Position numbers and translations under genes: made by a program. Shown here one piece after another: positions 1 to 12,198 of a stretch of DNA of 32,000 nt. This DNA comes from Mycobacterium tuberculosis H37Rv (lineage in GTDB: Bacteria; Actinomycetota; Actinomycetes; Mycobacteriales; Mycobacteriaceae). Position 1 is the first letter of the stretch, and each line of letters opens with the position of its first letter. The notes beneath the pieces are model-generated. The model was not told the origin of the DNA. It made no database searches and worked only from the letters and a program-made list of their open reading frames with translations. The stretch spans positions 4,050,001-4,082,000 of the forward strand of contig NC_000962.3 in the NCBI RefSeq assembly GCF_000195955.2, given 5' to 3'.

Positions 1-585
1 CGCTTCGGCTCGAGAAGCGGCATTGGTTTTGAACAGTCCGCGCACCGCCGACGTAGTGGTGACCGAGCCGGGCTTGCGAACCCCGCGCATCGCCATGCAC
101 AGATGCTCAGCCTCGATCACCACGATTACCCCGCGTGGATCGAGTTTTTTCATCAGGGCATCGGCGATCTGACTGGTGAGCCGCTCCTGGACCTGAGGTC
201 GCTTGGCGTACAGATCGACCAGTCGCGCGATCTTTGACAAGCCGGTCACCCTGCCGTCGTCGCCCGGGATGTAGCCGACGTGGGCCACACCGTGGAACGC
301 CACCAGGTGGTGTTCGCAGGTGGAGTACATAGGGATTTCCTTGACCAACACCAGCTCGTCGTGGTCTTCGTCGAACATGGTGTTCAACACCGAGTCGGGG
401 TCGGTGTAGAGCCCGGCGAACATTTCGCGGTATGACCGGGCAACCCGGGACGGGGTGGCTACCAAGCCGTCCCTATCCGGATCCTCGCCGATCGCGTACA
501 GCAATTCGCGCACCGCGGCCTCGGCACGTTGCTGGTCGAACACACGGATACGAGCAGATGCGCTGCGCGAATCCAGCTGCGACAT
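1..585 (-). CDS. folE: GTP cyclohydrolase I (FolE); the 3' end runs off the left window edge
   Basis: The minus frame is open from the window edge to an ATG (cat at 583-585). It translates [25 protein letters not shown]... and further on ...[11 protein letters not shown], which I recognise as Mtb FolE. It starts 15 bp after the ftsH stop, which suggests an operon. It is absent from the ORF track because it is truncated. Confidence 0.9.
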
Positions 586-600
586 CGAATGCTCCGTTCG

Positions 601-2883
<2,283 letters not shown>

Positions 2884-2945
2884 CGATCATCGGCCGTGCC
2901 GGCCAGGTCCTTCCCGATACACGCAGCTGGAAAGTCCAGGTTACC

Positions 2946-3550
2946 GCTCGTGGCGATCGCAAACCCGGCGGAGCCGGGTGCAGCGGGTCGCCACCATCAG
3001 CCCCGTGGCGATCGCAAACCCCGCGCCTGGCGACAATGCGGCCCGCAAAACGGGCCGAGGAGGAGCCAGGCAATCACCCCAGAGCCGGGTGCAGCGGGTC
3101 GCCACCATCAGCCCCGTGGCGATCGCAAACCCCGCGCCTGGCGACAATGCGGCCCGCAAAACGGGCCGAGGAGGAGCCAGGCAATCACCCCAGAGCCGGG
3201 TGCAGCGGGTCGCCACCATCAGCCCCGTGGCGATCGCAAACCCCGCGCCTGGCGACAATGCGGCCCGCAAAACGGGCCGAGGAGGAGCCAGGCAATCACC
3301 CCAGAGCCGGGTGCAGCGGGTCGCCACCATCAGCCCCGTGGCGATCGCAAACCCCGCGCCTGGCGACAATGCGGCCCGCAAAACGGGCCGAGGAGGAGCC
3401 AGGCAATCACCCCAGAGCCGGGTGCAGCGGGTCGCCACCATCAGCCCCGTGGCGATCGCAAACCCCGCGCCTGGCGACAATGCGGCCCGCAAAACGGGCC
3501 GAGGAGGAGCCAGGCAATCACCCCAGAGCCGGGTGCAGCGGGTCGCCACT
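2946..3550. repeat. 111-bp tandem repeat: 5 identical units plus one internally deleted unit (QUB-26 / VNTR4052-type locus)
   Basis: Units start at 3001, 3112, 3223, 3334 and 3445, an exact 111-nt period. The identical 37-aa blocks repeated in the ORF-track translations confirm perfect copies. Positions 2946-3000 hold a 55-bp copy that keeps both unit ends but lacks the middle. The last unit diverges at about 3549. Confidence 0.97.
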
Positions 3551-3847
3551 GGCTAGACCAACGACCGGTAGTTCCCGACGGCGTCGGAAAATCCGACAGC
3601 TGAGCGTTCGGGTCAAACACGCGGTGCACCGGACCTGATTTGGCTCGAATTGGTGCGCACCGAGGGTCGGGCACATCGCTCCGGTCGCATGTGTCACTGC
3701 ACCGGGCGACACCCGATCTGCCCAGCTCTCAGCGACAGCTGCCTGACCTGCGGTTTTGTTCACAAGTTGGTTGCGGCTGTGCGGGATTGTAGGCGGCGTT
3801 GACCGGCAGAAACCGAGTTGTCGCGCATAGGTGAGCACAGCGACCAT
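3518..3847 (-). CDS. hypothetical protein; doubtful (I recall it annotated as the last gene downstream of espD in reference genomes)
   Basis: 109-aa ORF on the same strand as espACD. Its 3' end runs into the tandem repeat. I see no recognisable motif and no clear SD, and I cannot support coding from the sequence alone. Confidence 0.25.
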   Translation of the reverse strand: MVAVLTYARQLGFCRSTPPTIPHSRNQLVNKTAGQAAVAESWADRVSPGAVTHATGAMCPTLGAHQFEPNQVRCTACLTRTLSCRIFRRRRELPVVGLASGDPLHPALG

Positions 3848-4141
3848 CGCCCCCGGTGGAGTCCAGTGTTGCGGACGTGACTAAAGAGCAGCACGGGCAG
3901 CGGGAGCAGAACTCGGGTCAATTGAGTCATCCAGCGCGCGAACGTGGTTCGGCGCAGCCCCGGTTGGCTGTCTGGGCGTGAAGGTGCTCCCGAGCGGCCG
4001 GCCCGCCATGAAGGCGCGCCAAAGCTTTGGCATTGTGCACATTTTCCACCCGTGCTCTATTAATGCTGAGCCGCGAATTGTGAGCCCAGTCGGGAAACAC
4101 GCGGAGCACCAGAGTCACCGCAGCGGCCGGGGCGGTTCAAC

Positions 4142-4696
4142 TCACCATGGATCGCTCTCGTCGTCTGGTGCTGGACAATCGTCGCTGTAGCGCGTCGCGA
4201 ACACCTCAGCTTCTGCTGCCGCGGCTTCTTCCGGCGATGGTAACCCCCAGGTTTCGCCCACGGTCTTACGTAGCAGTGCGACGCGGTGTTCATCTGCATC
4301 GACCTGTTGACTCATCCTGTCAAGGATGAAGGCGTACTGGGCCGACTGCGCCTTCTGCCGCGCCAGGTCGGCAATCACCAGGATCTCAGAAGCGAGCTGC
4401 GACTCACTCATCCAGGCCACCCTGGCCGACAGCTCGACATGGTCAATCCGGCCGTCCATCAGCGTCGATACCGACACCGTGCGTGGGGGATTCGTCACGG
4501 TAAAAAGCGCGATCTCTTGTTCGGTGTCCGTCTCCGCCTGACCGTGGGCATTGTCCAGGTCGGGTCCGGTGTCCGGGGTCGCCGCCGACCCGACGCCAAT
4601 AATCGGATCCGCAGTCCAGCCCTCCGCGCCGTCGGCACCCCAGAGATCCACGGCGTCGAAATCGTTGCTGTCAAAGTCATTTCCGGGCAAGTCCAC
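4142..4696 (-). CDS. espD: ESX-1 secretion-associated protein EspD
   Basis: The ORF 4142..4936 contains the sequence VDLPGNDFDSNDFDAVDLWGADG...DDESDPW, which I recognise as EspD (184 aa). The likely GTG start is cac at 4694-4696. The upstream ATG extension at 4936 would overlap espC. Confidence 0.85.
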   Translation of the reverse strand: MDLPGNDFDSNDFDAVDLWGADGAEGWTADPIIGVGSAATPDTGPDLDNAHGQAETDTEQEIALFTVTNPPRTVSVSTLMDGRIDHVELSARVAWMSESQLASEILVIADLARQKAQSAQYAFILDRMSQQVDADEHRVALLRKTVGETWGLPSPEEAAAAEAEVFATRYSDDCPAPDDESDPW

Positions 4697-4811
4697 CGTC
4701 CCTTCGGAATTCATTGCCACCCGGGAAGGGTCGGCCTGGGCAGCTGGCGTGGTCAGTCCGAACAGGTCGTTGGGAAGACGCTGTGGCCTGCACTGCGGGC
4801 AGCAAACGTGG

Positions 4812-5123
4812 TCAGGTAAACAACCCGTCGATAGCCTTGCGCCACGCTTCGTCGGCCTCGCTATATATCTTCGCCGCAATTCGAAGACTTTTGGCGAGAT
4901 CGACACCGGCCGTATGCAAGGACGAGCCCAGGGCATTGTGGGCAGTCAAGTACACATTTAACGTGTCGTTGAACTGTGAGCAGTACGGACCGTGAGTGAT
5001 CGCCACAGATTCGCCTAGGCCAGCGGCAGCTTCGACGCCCGAGGAGGCATCGACCGCCGCGTTGTCATGGTGCGACGCCAGTACACCGAGACGCTCGGGC
5101 TGGACGGTCAAGTTTTCCGTCAT
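4812..5123 (-). CDS. espC: ESX-1 secretion-associated protein EspC
   Basis: 103-aa [22 protein letters not shown]...[17 protein letters not shown], recognised as EspC. It has a C-terminal YxxxD/E-type motif (YSEAD) and an SD GGAAGGGA upstream of the ATG. Confidence 0.95.
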
Positions 5124-5196
5124 TGATCGTGTCCCTTCCGTTTAGCATTGCGCGTTGTTAGGCGCTGGCTAGCAATGGATTTGGCTCGCCATGCCG

Positions 5197-6375
5197 TTAG
5201 ACGACGTTTCGTACCAGCACCTTTTGCCCACCGCCCGCGTCAGCTTCGACTGGCGCGCGCTCGGCGTCTTCAGTGCCCGCCGCCGCGCCTTCCGAGTACT
5301 TCTTCGTCGTCGTCCCTTTCGACGCCCCCGAAGAGGGGTGCATGCCGCCCATGCCTACGGGTCCGCCCATACCTTGGGAACCCTGCGCGGAGACCAGCTG
5401 CGACTGCCCGCCGACCTGCTCGGCAGCGGCGCCGACCGGGCCATCAGCTCGGGGCCGTAGCGCCTGCCGAGTTGAGGCGGCATGGACCTGAGCCAGGCTC
5501 GGCAAGCCCCCAAAACCGGACCCGCCCCCAATGCCGGCCAGGGCGGGCAAGCTGGCTGAGCTCGCCAGGCTATCCGCGTGAGCCAAGCCCGACGATGCGG
5601 ACAGACCGGCCGCACCGAACAAGCCAGTCACTTGCGACAAGCCGCTGGTCGCGCCGGTCAAGCCGGGGACGCCCGCAAAGAAGGACTCCAGGTTCGACCA
5701 CCCTCGAGAGAACAGTCCGGTCACCCACCCCGTGAGCTTGTCCCAAAGCTCTTTCAGGCCGTTGAGCGCGTTTGTGATGAACTCCCACACTTCTCCGAGG
5801 GTGCCCTTGATGATGTCCGCCACATCCGAAATGATGTCCGCAATGGCGGCCGCGACCAACTCCGCCAATTTGGCAAGCAATTTGAGGAGTTGAGTCGCGT
5901 TGATCAGCGTTTTCACGACCAAGTAGGCAAGCGCGCCGCCCACTACGGCCATCGCGCCCGCGCAAAACGGCGCCTGGAAGGCGGCCGATAGGGCGTGCCC
6001 GACGACCGGGATGTAGGTCAGGTCCACAGCCACCGGGCGCACGAACTCGAGACCTTTCTTGGCGCCCTCCAGGATGTCGCGGGTCGTCTGGACCGCGTTG
6101 GCCTGGTCGTGGATCAGGCTGATGAGCTGACGATCGAGGTCTGCCAGTTCCTGGAAAAAATTCACGTGGTTGCGGTTTTTGCCGGCGTATTTGTCCGCGG
6201 CCGAACCTAACCAGCCATCACCCGGAAACGCTGCTGCCAGCTCCTCCAGGGCTTTTTCGAAGTACTCTAGTGAGGAGTAAAGGATACCCCCTTGGTTGGG
6301 TATTCCAATCCCCAGAAGGTCGTACAAGCCGTCAATGGCACTGATCGTTGGATCGATGATGAACGCTCTGCTCAT
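5197..6375 (-). CDS. espA: ESX-1 secretion-associated protein EspA
   Basis: 392-aa ORF MSRAFIIDPTISAIDGLYDLLG..., recognised as EspA. It has a WxG motif (GDGWLGSAADKY), a central hydrophobic segment and a Gly/Ser/Ala-rich C-terminal half. Confidence 0.95.
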   Translation of the reverse strand: MSRAFIIDPTISAIDGLYDLLGIGIPNQGGILYSSLEYFEKALEELAAAFPGDGWLGSAADKYAGKNRNHVNFFQELADLDRQLISLIHDQANAVQTTRDILEGAKKGLEFVRPVAVDLTYIPVVGHALSAAFQAPFCAGAMAVVGGALAYLVVKTLINATQLLKLLAKLAELVAAAIADIISDVADIIKGTLGEVWEFITNALNGLKELWDKLTGWVTGLFSRGWSNLESFFAGVPGLTGATSGLSQVTGLFGAAGLSASSGLAHADSLASSASLPALAGIGGGSGFGGLPSLAQVHAASTRQALRPRADGPVGAAAEQVGGQSQLVSAQGSQGMGGPVGMGGMHPSSGASKGTTTKKYSEGAAAGTEDAERAPVEADAGGGQKVLVRNVV

Positions 6376-7732
6376 GCCTGCCGCCTATCTCAACGGTCGT
6401 CGATTCCATGCATAGCCTTGGTTCTGCATTGCACGCGTAGGGCCTACAGTCTGGCTGTCATGCTTGGCCGATGTCAACAGTTTTTTTCATGCTAAGCAGA
6501 TCGTCAGTTTTGAGTTCGTGAAGACGGCATGTTCACTTGTTGTCGACTACATCGTCTGCGCACATTTGCCCTCCTGCAACTGCGCTGCGACAATGCGCCA
6601 ACCGCCGTGTAGGCGGCGCGATCCCAAGGCAGTGTCTCCGACGTCGATGCCTGCGCTTCGCCTTCGATCGGTATGAGATCTGTTGCAGGAGAGTCTATAT
6701 AGTGTGCTCATGGGGCTAGCCGGCGGCGGCCTCGTGGCGGGCACAATCACCTCGCCGGTGGCGCAATCAGGGCTGTGCTAACCCACCATCACTCACCCGA
6801 TTCGGCGTCGAAGCGGGGCGCTCTCATGGTTGCGAGGCAAAGCAAATCTCGGTTGTCCTAAATCGCGTCCGCTAAACACCTAGCTAGGCCGATCTGTCAT
6901 TATCTCCGATCATGTTTGATAAGGCGACGAAAACCGACGATGGAAATCCGTTGCGCTCGGCAAGATCGGCGAAGTATTGCGGCGGCCTTATCTAAACCAC
7001 TGAAGTTTTAGTAATTATCCGTCCGAGATATCCGAATATAGCGAACACCGGTACCTTGCGAAGAAAAGCCTGAATCTGATAACGCCGATATCCACTCGGG
7101 AGTTATCGGGCAACGGAAAGCGAAACGGCCTCCGTCGGAGAGCGACTGGGATAGCCCTGGTTCCGGGTGGTTTGCTATCCCGGGATAACGGCAGTGCTAC
7201 ATGCTCGGACCGATTTGCGATGCAGCCCCACCAATGCGGTGTCTCGCCTTAGTAGACACCTGCCGAGGATGGGTTACATGGTGGTCAGCTACTGAGCCAA
7301 CCGGTCGCACGGCGAGCCGTATCAAGATCACGCCAAGACAGCGGTTAATTCTATCAGCAAATGTTTCTATAGGACTCTATAGCCCGCCTGAGCTATTCCG
7401 GTGCTGTCGGCTAAGCCTGTGACCGGTGTCACTGCAGCAAGCCATTTCACCGATTGGCTCACGTTTGGGACCCTCGACTGACTGCGGTTGGTTGACCTGC
7501 TGCTTTTGTCCGCGAATTCACCGGAATTTGAACTGGACCTGGCCGGCAATCGTGGGGCAGTCACTGTGAGCTGTAGCCATGCCAGCTGCACAGGAAGTGC
7601 GATCCGGACGTCAAGGGAGGCCCGACTGGTCCGGCCGGCCGATCAATGATGCGCGGCAGCACCCGCGACAATCGCCTCTGGCTGCTCCCCAAGCCCTTCT
7701 CAGGCCGGTGCCCGGTGTGATTTGGTGAGACG
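6376..7732. promoter_or_regulatory. 1.36-kb non-coding divergent control region between espA (-) and ephA (+)
   Basis: No credible ORF is present and the region is visibly AT-richer than its flanks. It is packed with short palindromes and repeats (see findings). From the literature this region is known as a long, multi-regulator espACD upstream region. Confidence 0.75.
7418..7433. promoter_or_regulatory. CRP/FNR-type palindrome TGTGA-N6-TCACT
   Basis: The sequence reads tgtgaccggtgtcact, a 9/10 match to the TGTGA-N6-TCACA consensus. It lies about 1.04 kb upstream of the espA ATG and 300 bp upstream of the ephA ATG. Confidence 0.4.
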
Positions 7733-8701
7733 ATGGGCGCACCTACCGAACGGTTAGTTGATACCAACGGCGTGCGACTGCGAGTGGTCGAGGCCGGTGA
7801 GCCCGGCGCACCCGTGGTGATACTGGCCCACGGCTTTCCCGAACTGGCCTATTCATGGAGACACCAGATTCCTGCGCTTGCCGACGCCGGCTACCACGTG
7901 TTGGCTCCCGATCAGCGCGGTTACGGCGGATCGTCTCGCCCAGAGGCGATCGAGGCCTACGACATTCACCGGTTGACCGCTGACCTAGTGGGCCTACTAG
8001 ATGATGTCGGTGCCGAGCGGGCGGTCTGGGTTGGTCATGACTGGGGTGCCGTGGTGGTGTGGAACGCGCCACTGCTGCACGCTGACCGAGTCGCCGCCGT
8101 TGCCGCGTTGAGCGTCCCCGCGCTGCCCCGGGCACAGGTGCCGCCGACGCAAGCGTTCCGCAGCAGGTTTGGGGAGAACTTCTTCTACATCCTTTATTTC
8201 CAGGAGCCCGGCATCGCCGACGCCGAACTCAATGGCGACCCGGCCCGCACGATGCGCCGAATGATCGGCGGTCTGCGCCCTCCGGGCGATCAGAGCGCGG
8301 CAATGCGTATGCTGGCGCCCGGCCCCGACGGCTTTATCGATCGGCTTCCGGAGCCGGCCGGGTTGCCGGCCTGGATTAGTCAGGAGGAACTCGACCACTA
8401 CATCGGCGAGTTCACCCGCACCGGTTTCACCGGCGGCCTGAACTGGTACCGCAACTTCGACCGCAACTGGGAGACCACGGCCGACCTCGCCGGCAAGACG
8501 ATCTCCGTGCCCTCGTTGTTCATTGCGGGCACAGCCGATCCCGTCTTGACGTTCACCCGCACCGACCGCGCTGCGGAGGTGATCTCCGGCCCGTATCGCG
8601 AGGTGCTGATCGACGGGGCCGGTCACTGGCTGCAGCAGGAACGTCCCGGTGAGGTGACCGCGGCCCTGCTGGAGTTCCTGACGGGGTTGGAGTTGCGATG
8701 A
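7733..8701 (+). CDS. ephA: alpha/beta-fold epoxide hydrolase EphA
   Basis: 322-aa ORF with an HGFPE oxyanion motif, a GHDWGA nucleophile elbow (Asp, as in epoxide hydrolases) and a C-terminal GHW/catalytic His region. Its stop overlaps the next gene's start (ATGA). Confidence 0.9.
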   Translation: MGAPTERLVDTNGVRLRVVEAGEPGAPVVILAHGFPELAYSWRHQIPALADAGYHVLAPDQRGYGGSSRPEAIEAYDIHRLTADLVGLLDDVGAERAVWVGHDWGAVVVWNAPLLHADRVAAVAALSVPALPRAQVPPTQAFRSRFGENFFYILYFQEPGIADAELNGDPARTMRRMIGGLRPPGDQSAAMRMLAPGPDGFIDRLPEPAGLPAWISQEELDHYIGEFTRTGFTGGLNWYRNFDRNWETTADLAGKTISVPSLFIAGTADPVLTFTRTDRAAEVISGPYREVLIDGAGHWLQQERPGEVTAALLEFLTGLELR

Positions 8702-9885
8702 AGGCACCGTTGCGTTTTGGCGTTTTCATCACGCCATTCCATCCGACCGGTCAATCCCCGACCGTGGCGTTGCAATACGACATGGAGCGCGTCGTTGCGC
8801 TGGACCGGCTCGGCTACGACGAGGCGTGGTTTGGCGAACACCACTCCGGTGGCTACGAGCTGATCGCTTGCCCGGAGGTGTTTATCGCGGCCGCAGCGGA
8901 ACGGACCACCCACATCCGGCTAGGTACCGGAGTGGTTTCGCTGCCCTACCATCATCCGCTAATGGTGGCCGACCGTTGGGTGCTGCTGGATCACCTGACC
9001 CGTGGGCGGGTCATGTTCGGCACCGGCCCCGGCGCGCTGCCGTCGGACGCCTACATGATGGGCATCGATCCGGTCGAGCAGCGACGAATGATGCAGGAGT
9101 CCCTCGAGGCGATTCTCGCGCTGTTCCGTGCCGCACCTGACGAGCGAATCGACCGCCACTCCGACTGGTTCACCCTGCGTGAAGCGCAATTGCACATCCG
9201 CCCCTACACCTGGCCGTACCCCGAAATCGCTACCGCAGCCATGATTTCGCCATCGGGTCCGCGACTGGCCGGTGCGCTGGGCACGTCGCTGTTATCACTG
9301 TCGATGTCAGTGCCCGGCGGCTACGCTGCGCTGGAAACAGCGTGGGGCGTGGTGCGGGAGCAGGCCGCCAAAGCTGGGCGGGGCGAGCCGGATCGCGCCG
9401 ATTGGCGGGTGTTGAGCATCATGCACTTGTCGGACAGCCGCGACCAGGCGATCGACGACTGCACTTACGGGTTACCCGACTTCTCGAGGTACTTCGGCGC
9501 GGCAGGGTTTGTCCCGTTGGCGAACACCGTGGAAGGCACCCAGTCGTCTCGGGAATTCGTCGAGCAATACGCGGCCAAGGGAAATTGCTGCATCGGCACG
9601 CCCGATGACGCGATCGCCCACATTGAAGACTTGCTGCACCGGTCGGGTGGCTTCGGAACGTTGCTACTGCTCGGCCACGACTGGGCCCCGCCACCGGCAA
9701 CCTTTCACTCCTATGAGCTGTTCGCCCGTGCTGTGATTCCTTATTTCAAGGGACAACTCGCGGCGCCGCGGGCGTCGCACGAATGGGCTAGAGGCAAGCG
9801 CGACCAATTGATTGGCCGCGCCGGCGAAGCGGTCGTCAAAGCCATCACCGAGCACGTCGCCGAACAAGGGGAAGCGGGCAGCTGA
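8698..9885 (+). CDS. luciferase-like (flavin/F420-dependent) monooxygenase
   Basis: 395-aa ORF with an N-terminus typical of the LLM family (FGVFITPFH...LGYDEAWFGEHH). It is translationally coupled to ephA through a 4-bp ATGA overlap. Confidence 0.8.
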   Translation: MKAPLRFGVFITPFHPTGQSPTVALQYDMERVVALDRLGYDEAWFGEHHSGGYELIACPEVFIAAAAERTTHIRLGTGVVSLPYHHPLMVADRWVLLDHLTRGRVMFGTGPGALPSDAYMMGIDPVEQRRMMQESLEAILALFRAAPDERIDRHSDWFTLREAQLHIRPYTWPYPEIATAAMISPSGPRLAGALGTSLLSLSMSVPGGYAALETAWGVVREQAAKAGRGEPDRADWRVLSIMHLSDSRDQAIDDCTYGLPDFSRYFGAAGFVPLANTVEGTQSSREFVEQYAAKGNCCIGTPDDAIAHIEDLLHRSGGFGTLLLLGHDWAPPPATFHSYELFARAVIPYFKGQLAAPRASHEWARGKRDQLIGRAGEAVVKAITEHVAEQGEAGS

Positions 9886-9983
9886 CGCGGGCGCAGTGTT
9901 CCCAACGACGACATGCCCGTGTATCGGGCGCCAAAGTCGACGCTGATCGGCCCGCCCTGCGCGGACCCAACTTAGGACCCGGG

Positions 9984-10268
9984 TTAGGCCCAGCTGGAGC
10001 CGACGGCGCTGTCGGTTTGTGCCATGTTGTTGCCGGCAGCCTGCACCTTCTGCCCGTGGGCGTTGGCCTGCTCGTAGATCACCTGGAAGTTACGGCCCAG
10101 CTGGGTAATGAACCCCTGGCAGGCCGCCGAACCGGCGCCGCCCCAAAAGTCACTCGCGGTCAACACATCAGAAATGATGGCCTGATGCTCGGCCTCCAGC
10201 GACCCGGCCTGAGCGCGGATCATGGCGCCGTGAGCGTCGACGTCCCCGAATTGATAGTTGATGGTCAT
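9984..10268 (-). CDS. esxV: ESAT-6-like WXG100 protein (Mtb9.9 subfamily) EsxV
   Basis: 94-aa ORF MTINYQFGDVDAHGAMIRAQAGSLEAEHQAI..., with a WxG motif (FWGGAG) and an AGGAGG SD 5 nt upstream. Confidence 0.93.
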   Translation of the reverse strand: MTINYQFGDVDAHGAMIRAQAGSLEAEHQAIISDVLTASDFWGGAGSAACQGFITQLGRNFQVIYEQANAHGQKVQAAGNNMAQTDSAVGSSWA

Positions 10269-10294
10269 GTGTCCTCCTGAGTCGTCGGGCCGGG

Positions 10295-10630
<336 letters not shown>

Positions 10631-10647
10631 TCAACGAACGTAGTTGG

Positions 10648-11889
10648 TCATCCGCCAGCCGGCGGTTGGGCGATCACGGTCGGCTTGAATCCGTATCGAG
10701 GGGCAGCGAAGTTGTTAAACGCACGTCCGGCACCGCTACCCATGAGCGGCATCCCGCCAAACGCGTGTGTCGAACCTTCAGCGGCGGCCGCGGCTCCGAG
10801 GCCGTTGGACGCCGCCAGCACCGCGGGGCTCGCCGCCGGGGTCGTGGCGGTCCAAACGGCCGGAACCTTCAATCCCCCGACCGACGCCGCCTGACCGACG
10901 GCGCCCGCAACGCCGCTCAGGCCAGCACTCGGAATGGCCGGAACGGCGGCCGGCAACGCCTTGGCGGCCTCACCGGCGGCTTTGGCGCCTTCACTCGCCC
11001 ACTTCGGCAGGTCGTGCGCCAGGCCAAAGTAGTCCTTGAATTGGGTGACCATGAGCCGAGCGGGCGAGACCCATTTGCCGAACGTGTCCATGGCCACGCT
11101 GGCATCAAGTTCGGCCGACCCGGTCACACCCTGCACAAAGTCGCCAAGCACTCCGCCCACGATGAGCCCGCTACCGTCCGAGGACCAGGTGTGCCCGGTC
11201 AAACCGAGCGCCTTGCCAAGGTCGGTGAGCCAAGGCGGTTCATTGGTGAAGATTCCGCTAAGCCCAAACAACGCTTTAGGAATGTCGGTGAGTGCTTGCG
11301 CATTTGCGGCCCCGCTGACAGCTTGTCCGACAGATGCGGCCTGGCTGGCCAGCCCGGCCGGGTTGATGGTCTGCGCCGCCGGATTGAATGGCGACAACTG
11401 CGTCGCCGCCGCCGACGCGCCAGCATAGCCGTACATCGCGGCCGCATCCTGGGCCCACATCTCGGCGTATTGCGCCTCGGTGGCCGCGATCGCCGCCGTG
11501 TTCTGGCCAAGGAAGTTCGTCGCCAGCAACGCCATCAACAACGCCCTGTTGGCCGCGATCTCCGGGGGCGGCACGGTCGCGAAAAACGCCGCCTCATAAG
11601 CACTCGCCGCTGCCACCGCTTGGCTGCCGGCTTGCTCGGCCTGCCCGGCGGTGCTCCTCAACCACGCCACCTGGGGCGTGGCGGCAGCCACCATGGACGC
11701 CGCGGAGGACCCCTGCCATGGCCCGTCGGCCAGGCCAGTGATCAGAGCGTCGTAGGTGGACGCCGTGGTTTGCAACTCGGCGGCCAGCGCCTCCCAGGCC
11801 GCCGCGGCAGCCAGCATCGGTCCCGAACCGGGTCCGGCGTACATCAGCGCGGAGTTGACCTCCGGCGGTAACTGAGCAAAGTCCAGCAT
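10648..11889 (-). CDS. PPE65: PPE family protein (PPE65)
   Basis: 413-aa ORF with N-terminus [25 protein letters not shown] (PPE motif). It has a WxG motif (GPWQGSSA), an Ala/Gly-rich C-terminal domain and an AGGAGAGG SD upstream. Confidence 0.93.
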   Translation of the reverse strand: MLDFAQLPPEVNSALMYAGPGSGPMLAAAAAWEALAAELQTTASTYDALITGLADGPWQGSSAASMVAAATPQVAWLRSTAGQAEQAGSQAVAAASAYEAAFFATVPPPEIAANRALLMALLATNFLGQNTAAIAATEAQYAEMWAQDAAAMYGYAGASAAATQLSPFNPAAQTINPAGLASQAASVGQAVSGAANAQALTDIPKALFGLSGIFTNEPPWLTDLGKALGLTGHTWSSDGSGLIVGGVLGDFVQGVTGSAELDASVAMDTFGKWVSPARLMVTQFKDYFGLAHDLPKWASEGAKAAGEAAKALPAAVPAIPSAGLSGVAGAVGQAASVGGLKVPAVWTATTPAASPAVLAASNGLGAAAAAEGSTHAFGGMPLMGSGAGRAFNNFAAPRYGFKPTVIAQPPAGG

Positions 11890-11898
11890 CGGCCTCTC

Positions 11899-12198
11899 CT
11901 AAGCGATCGTGGCGGCGTTGGCAGCCTCGGTGGCCGCATATGAACCGGCGCTGATGCCCAGCGTGGTCGCCAACTGCTCCTGGACCGCCATCGCCTCGGC
12001 ACTAATCGCCTGGTACAGCTGTGCATGCGCGGCAAACTGGGAGGCGGTTAGCAGGGACACCAAATCAGCGGCGGCCGGAACCACACCCGTCGTCGGGCCC
12101 GCCACCGCTGCATTTCCGGCCCGCGCAACGGCGTTGATCGACTGCAGTTCCCCCGCGGTCGCAGCCAGCATCTCTGGCTCGGCGTGCATGATCGACAT
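11899..12198 (-). CDS. PE32: PE family protein, PE-only (PE32)
   Basis: 99-aa ORF MSIMHAEPEMLAATAGELQSI... forming a PE domain, with a YxxxE motif near the C-terminus (SYAATEAAN). It has a GGGAGGA SD and lies 9 bp upstream of the PPE gene. Confidence 0.9.
   Translation of the reverse strand: MSIMHAEPEMLAATAGELQSINAVARAGNAAVAGPTTGVVPAAADLVSLLTASQFAAHAQLYQAISAEAMAVQEQLATTLGISAGSYAATEAANAATIA

Noticed and set aside
2946-3550. Possible CRISPR array
   Set aside because: The repeats are directly abutting 111-bp units with no unique spacers, and no cas genes lie nearby. This is a minisatellite, not a CRISPR array.
3881-4118. Small minus-strand ORFs downstream of espD (for example 3927-4118, 63 aa)
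   Set aside because: They are short, have no motif and no clear SD, and overlap plus-strand ORFs of similar length. The sequence alone does not support a CDS call.
4697-4936. N-terminal extension of espD to the ATG at 4936 (264-aa version)
   Set aside because: It would overlap the espC 3' end by about 125 nt. The recognised EspD sequence begins at the GTG at 4696.
9886-9983. Possible terminator hairpin between the convergent monooxygenase and esxV genes
   Set aside because: I could find only weak, long-range GC complementarity by eye and no compact stem-loop, so I make no call.
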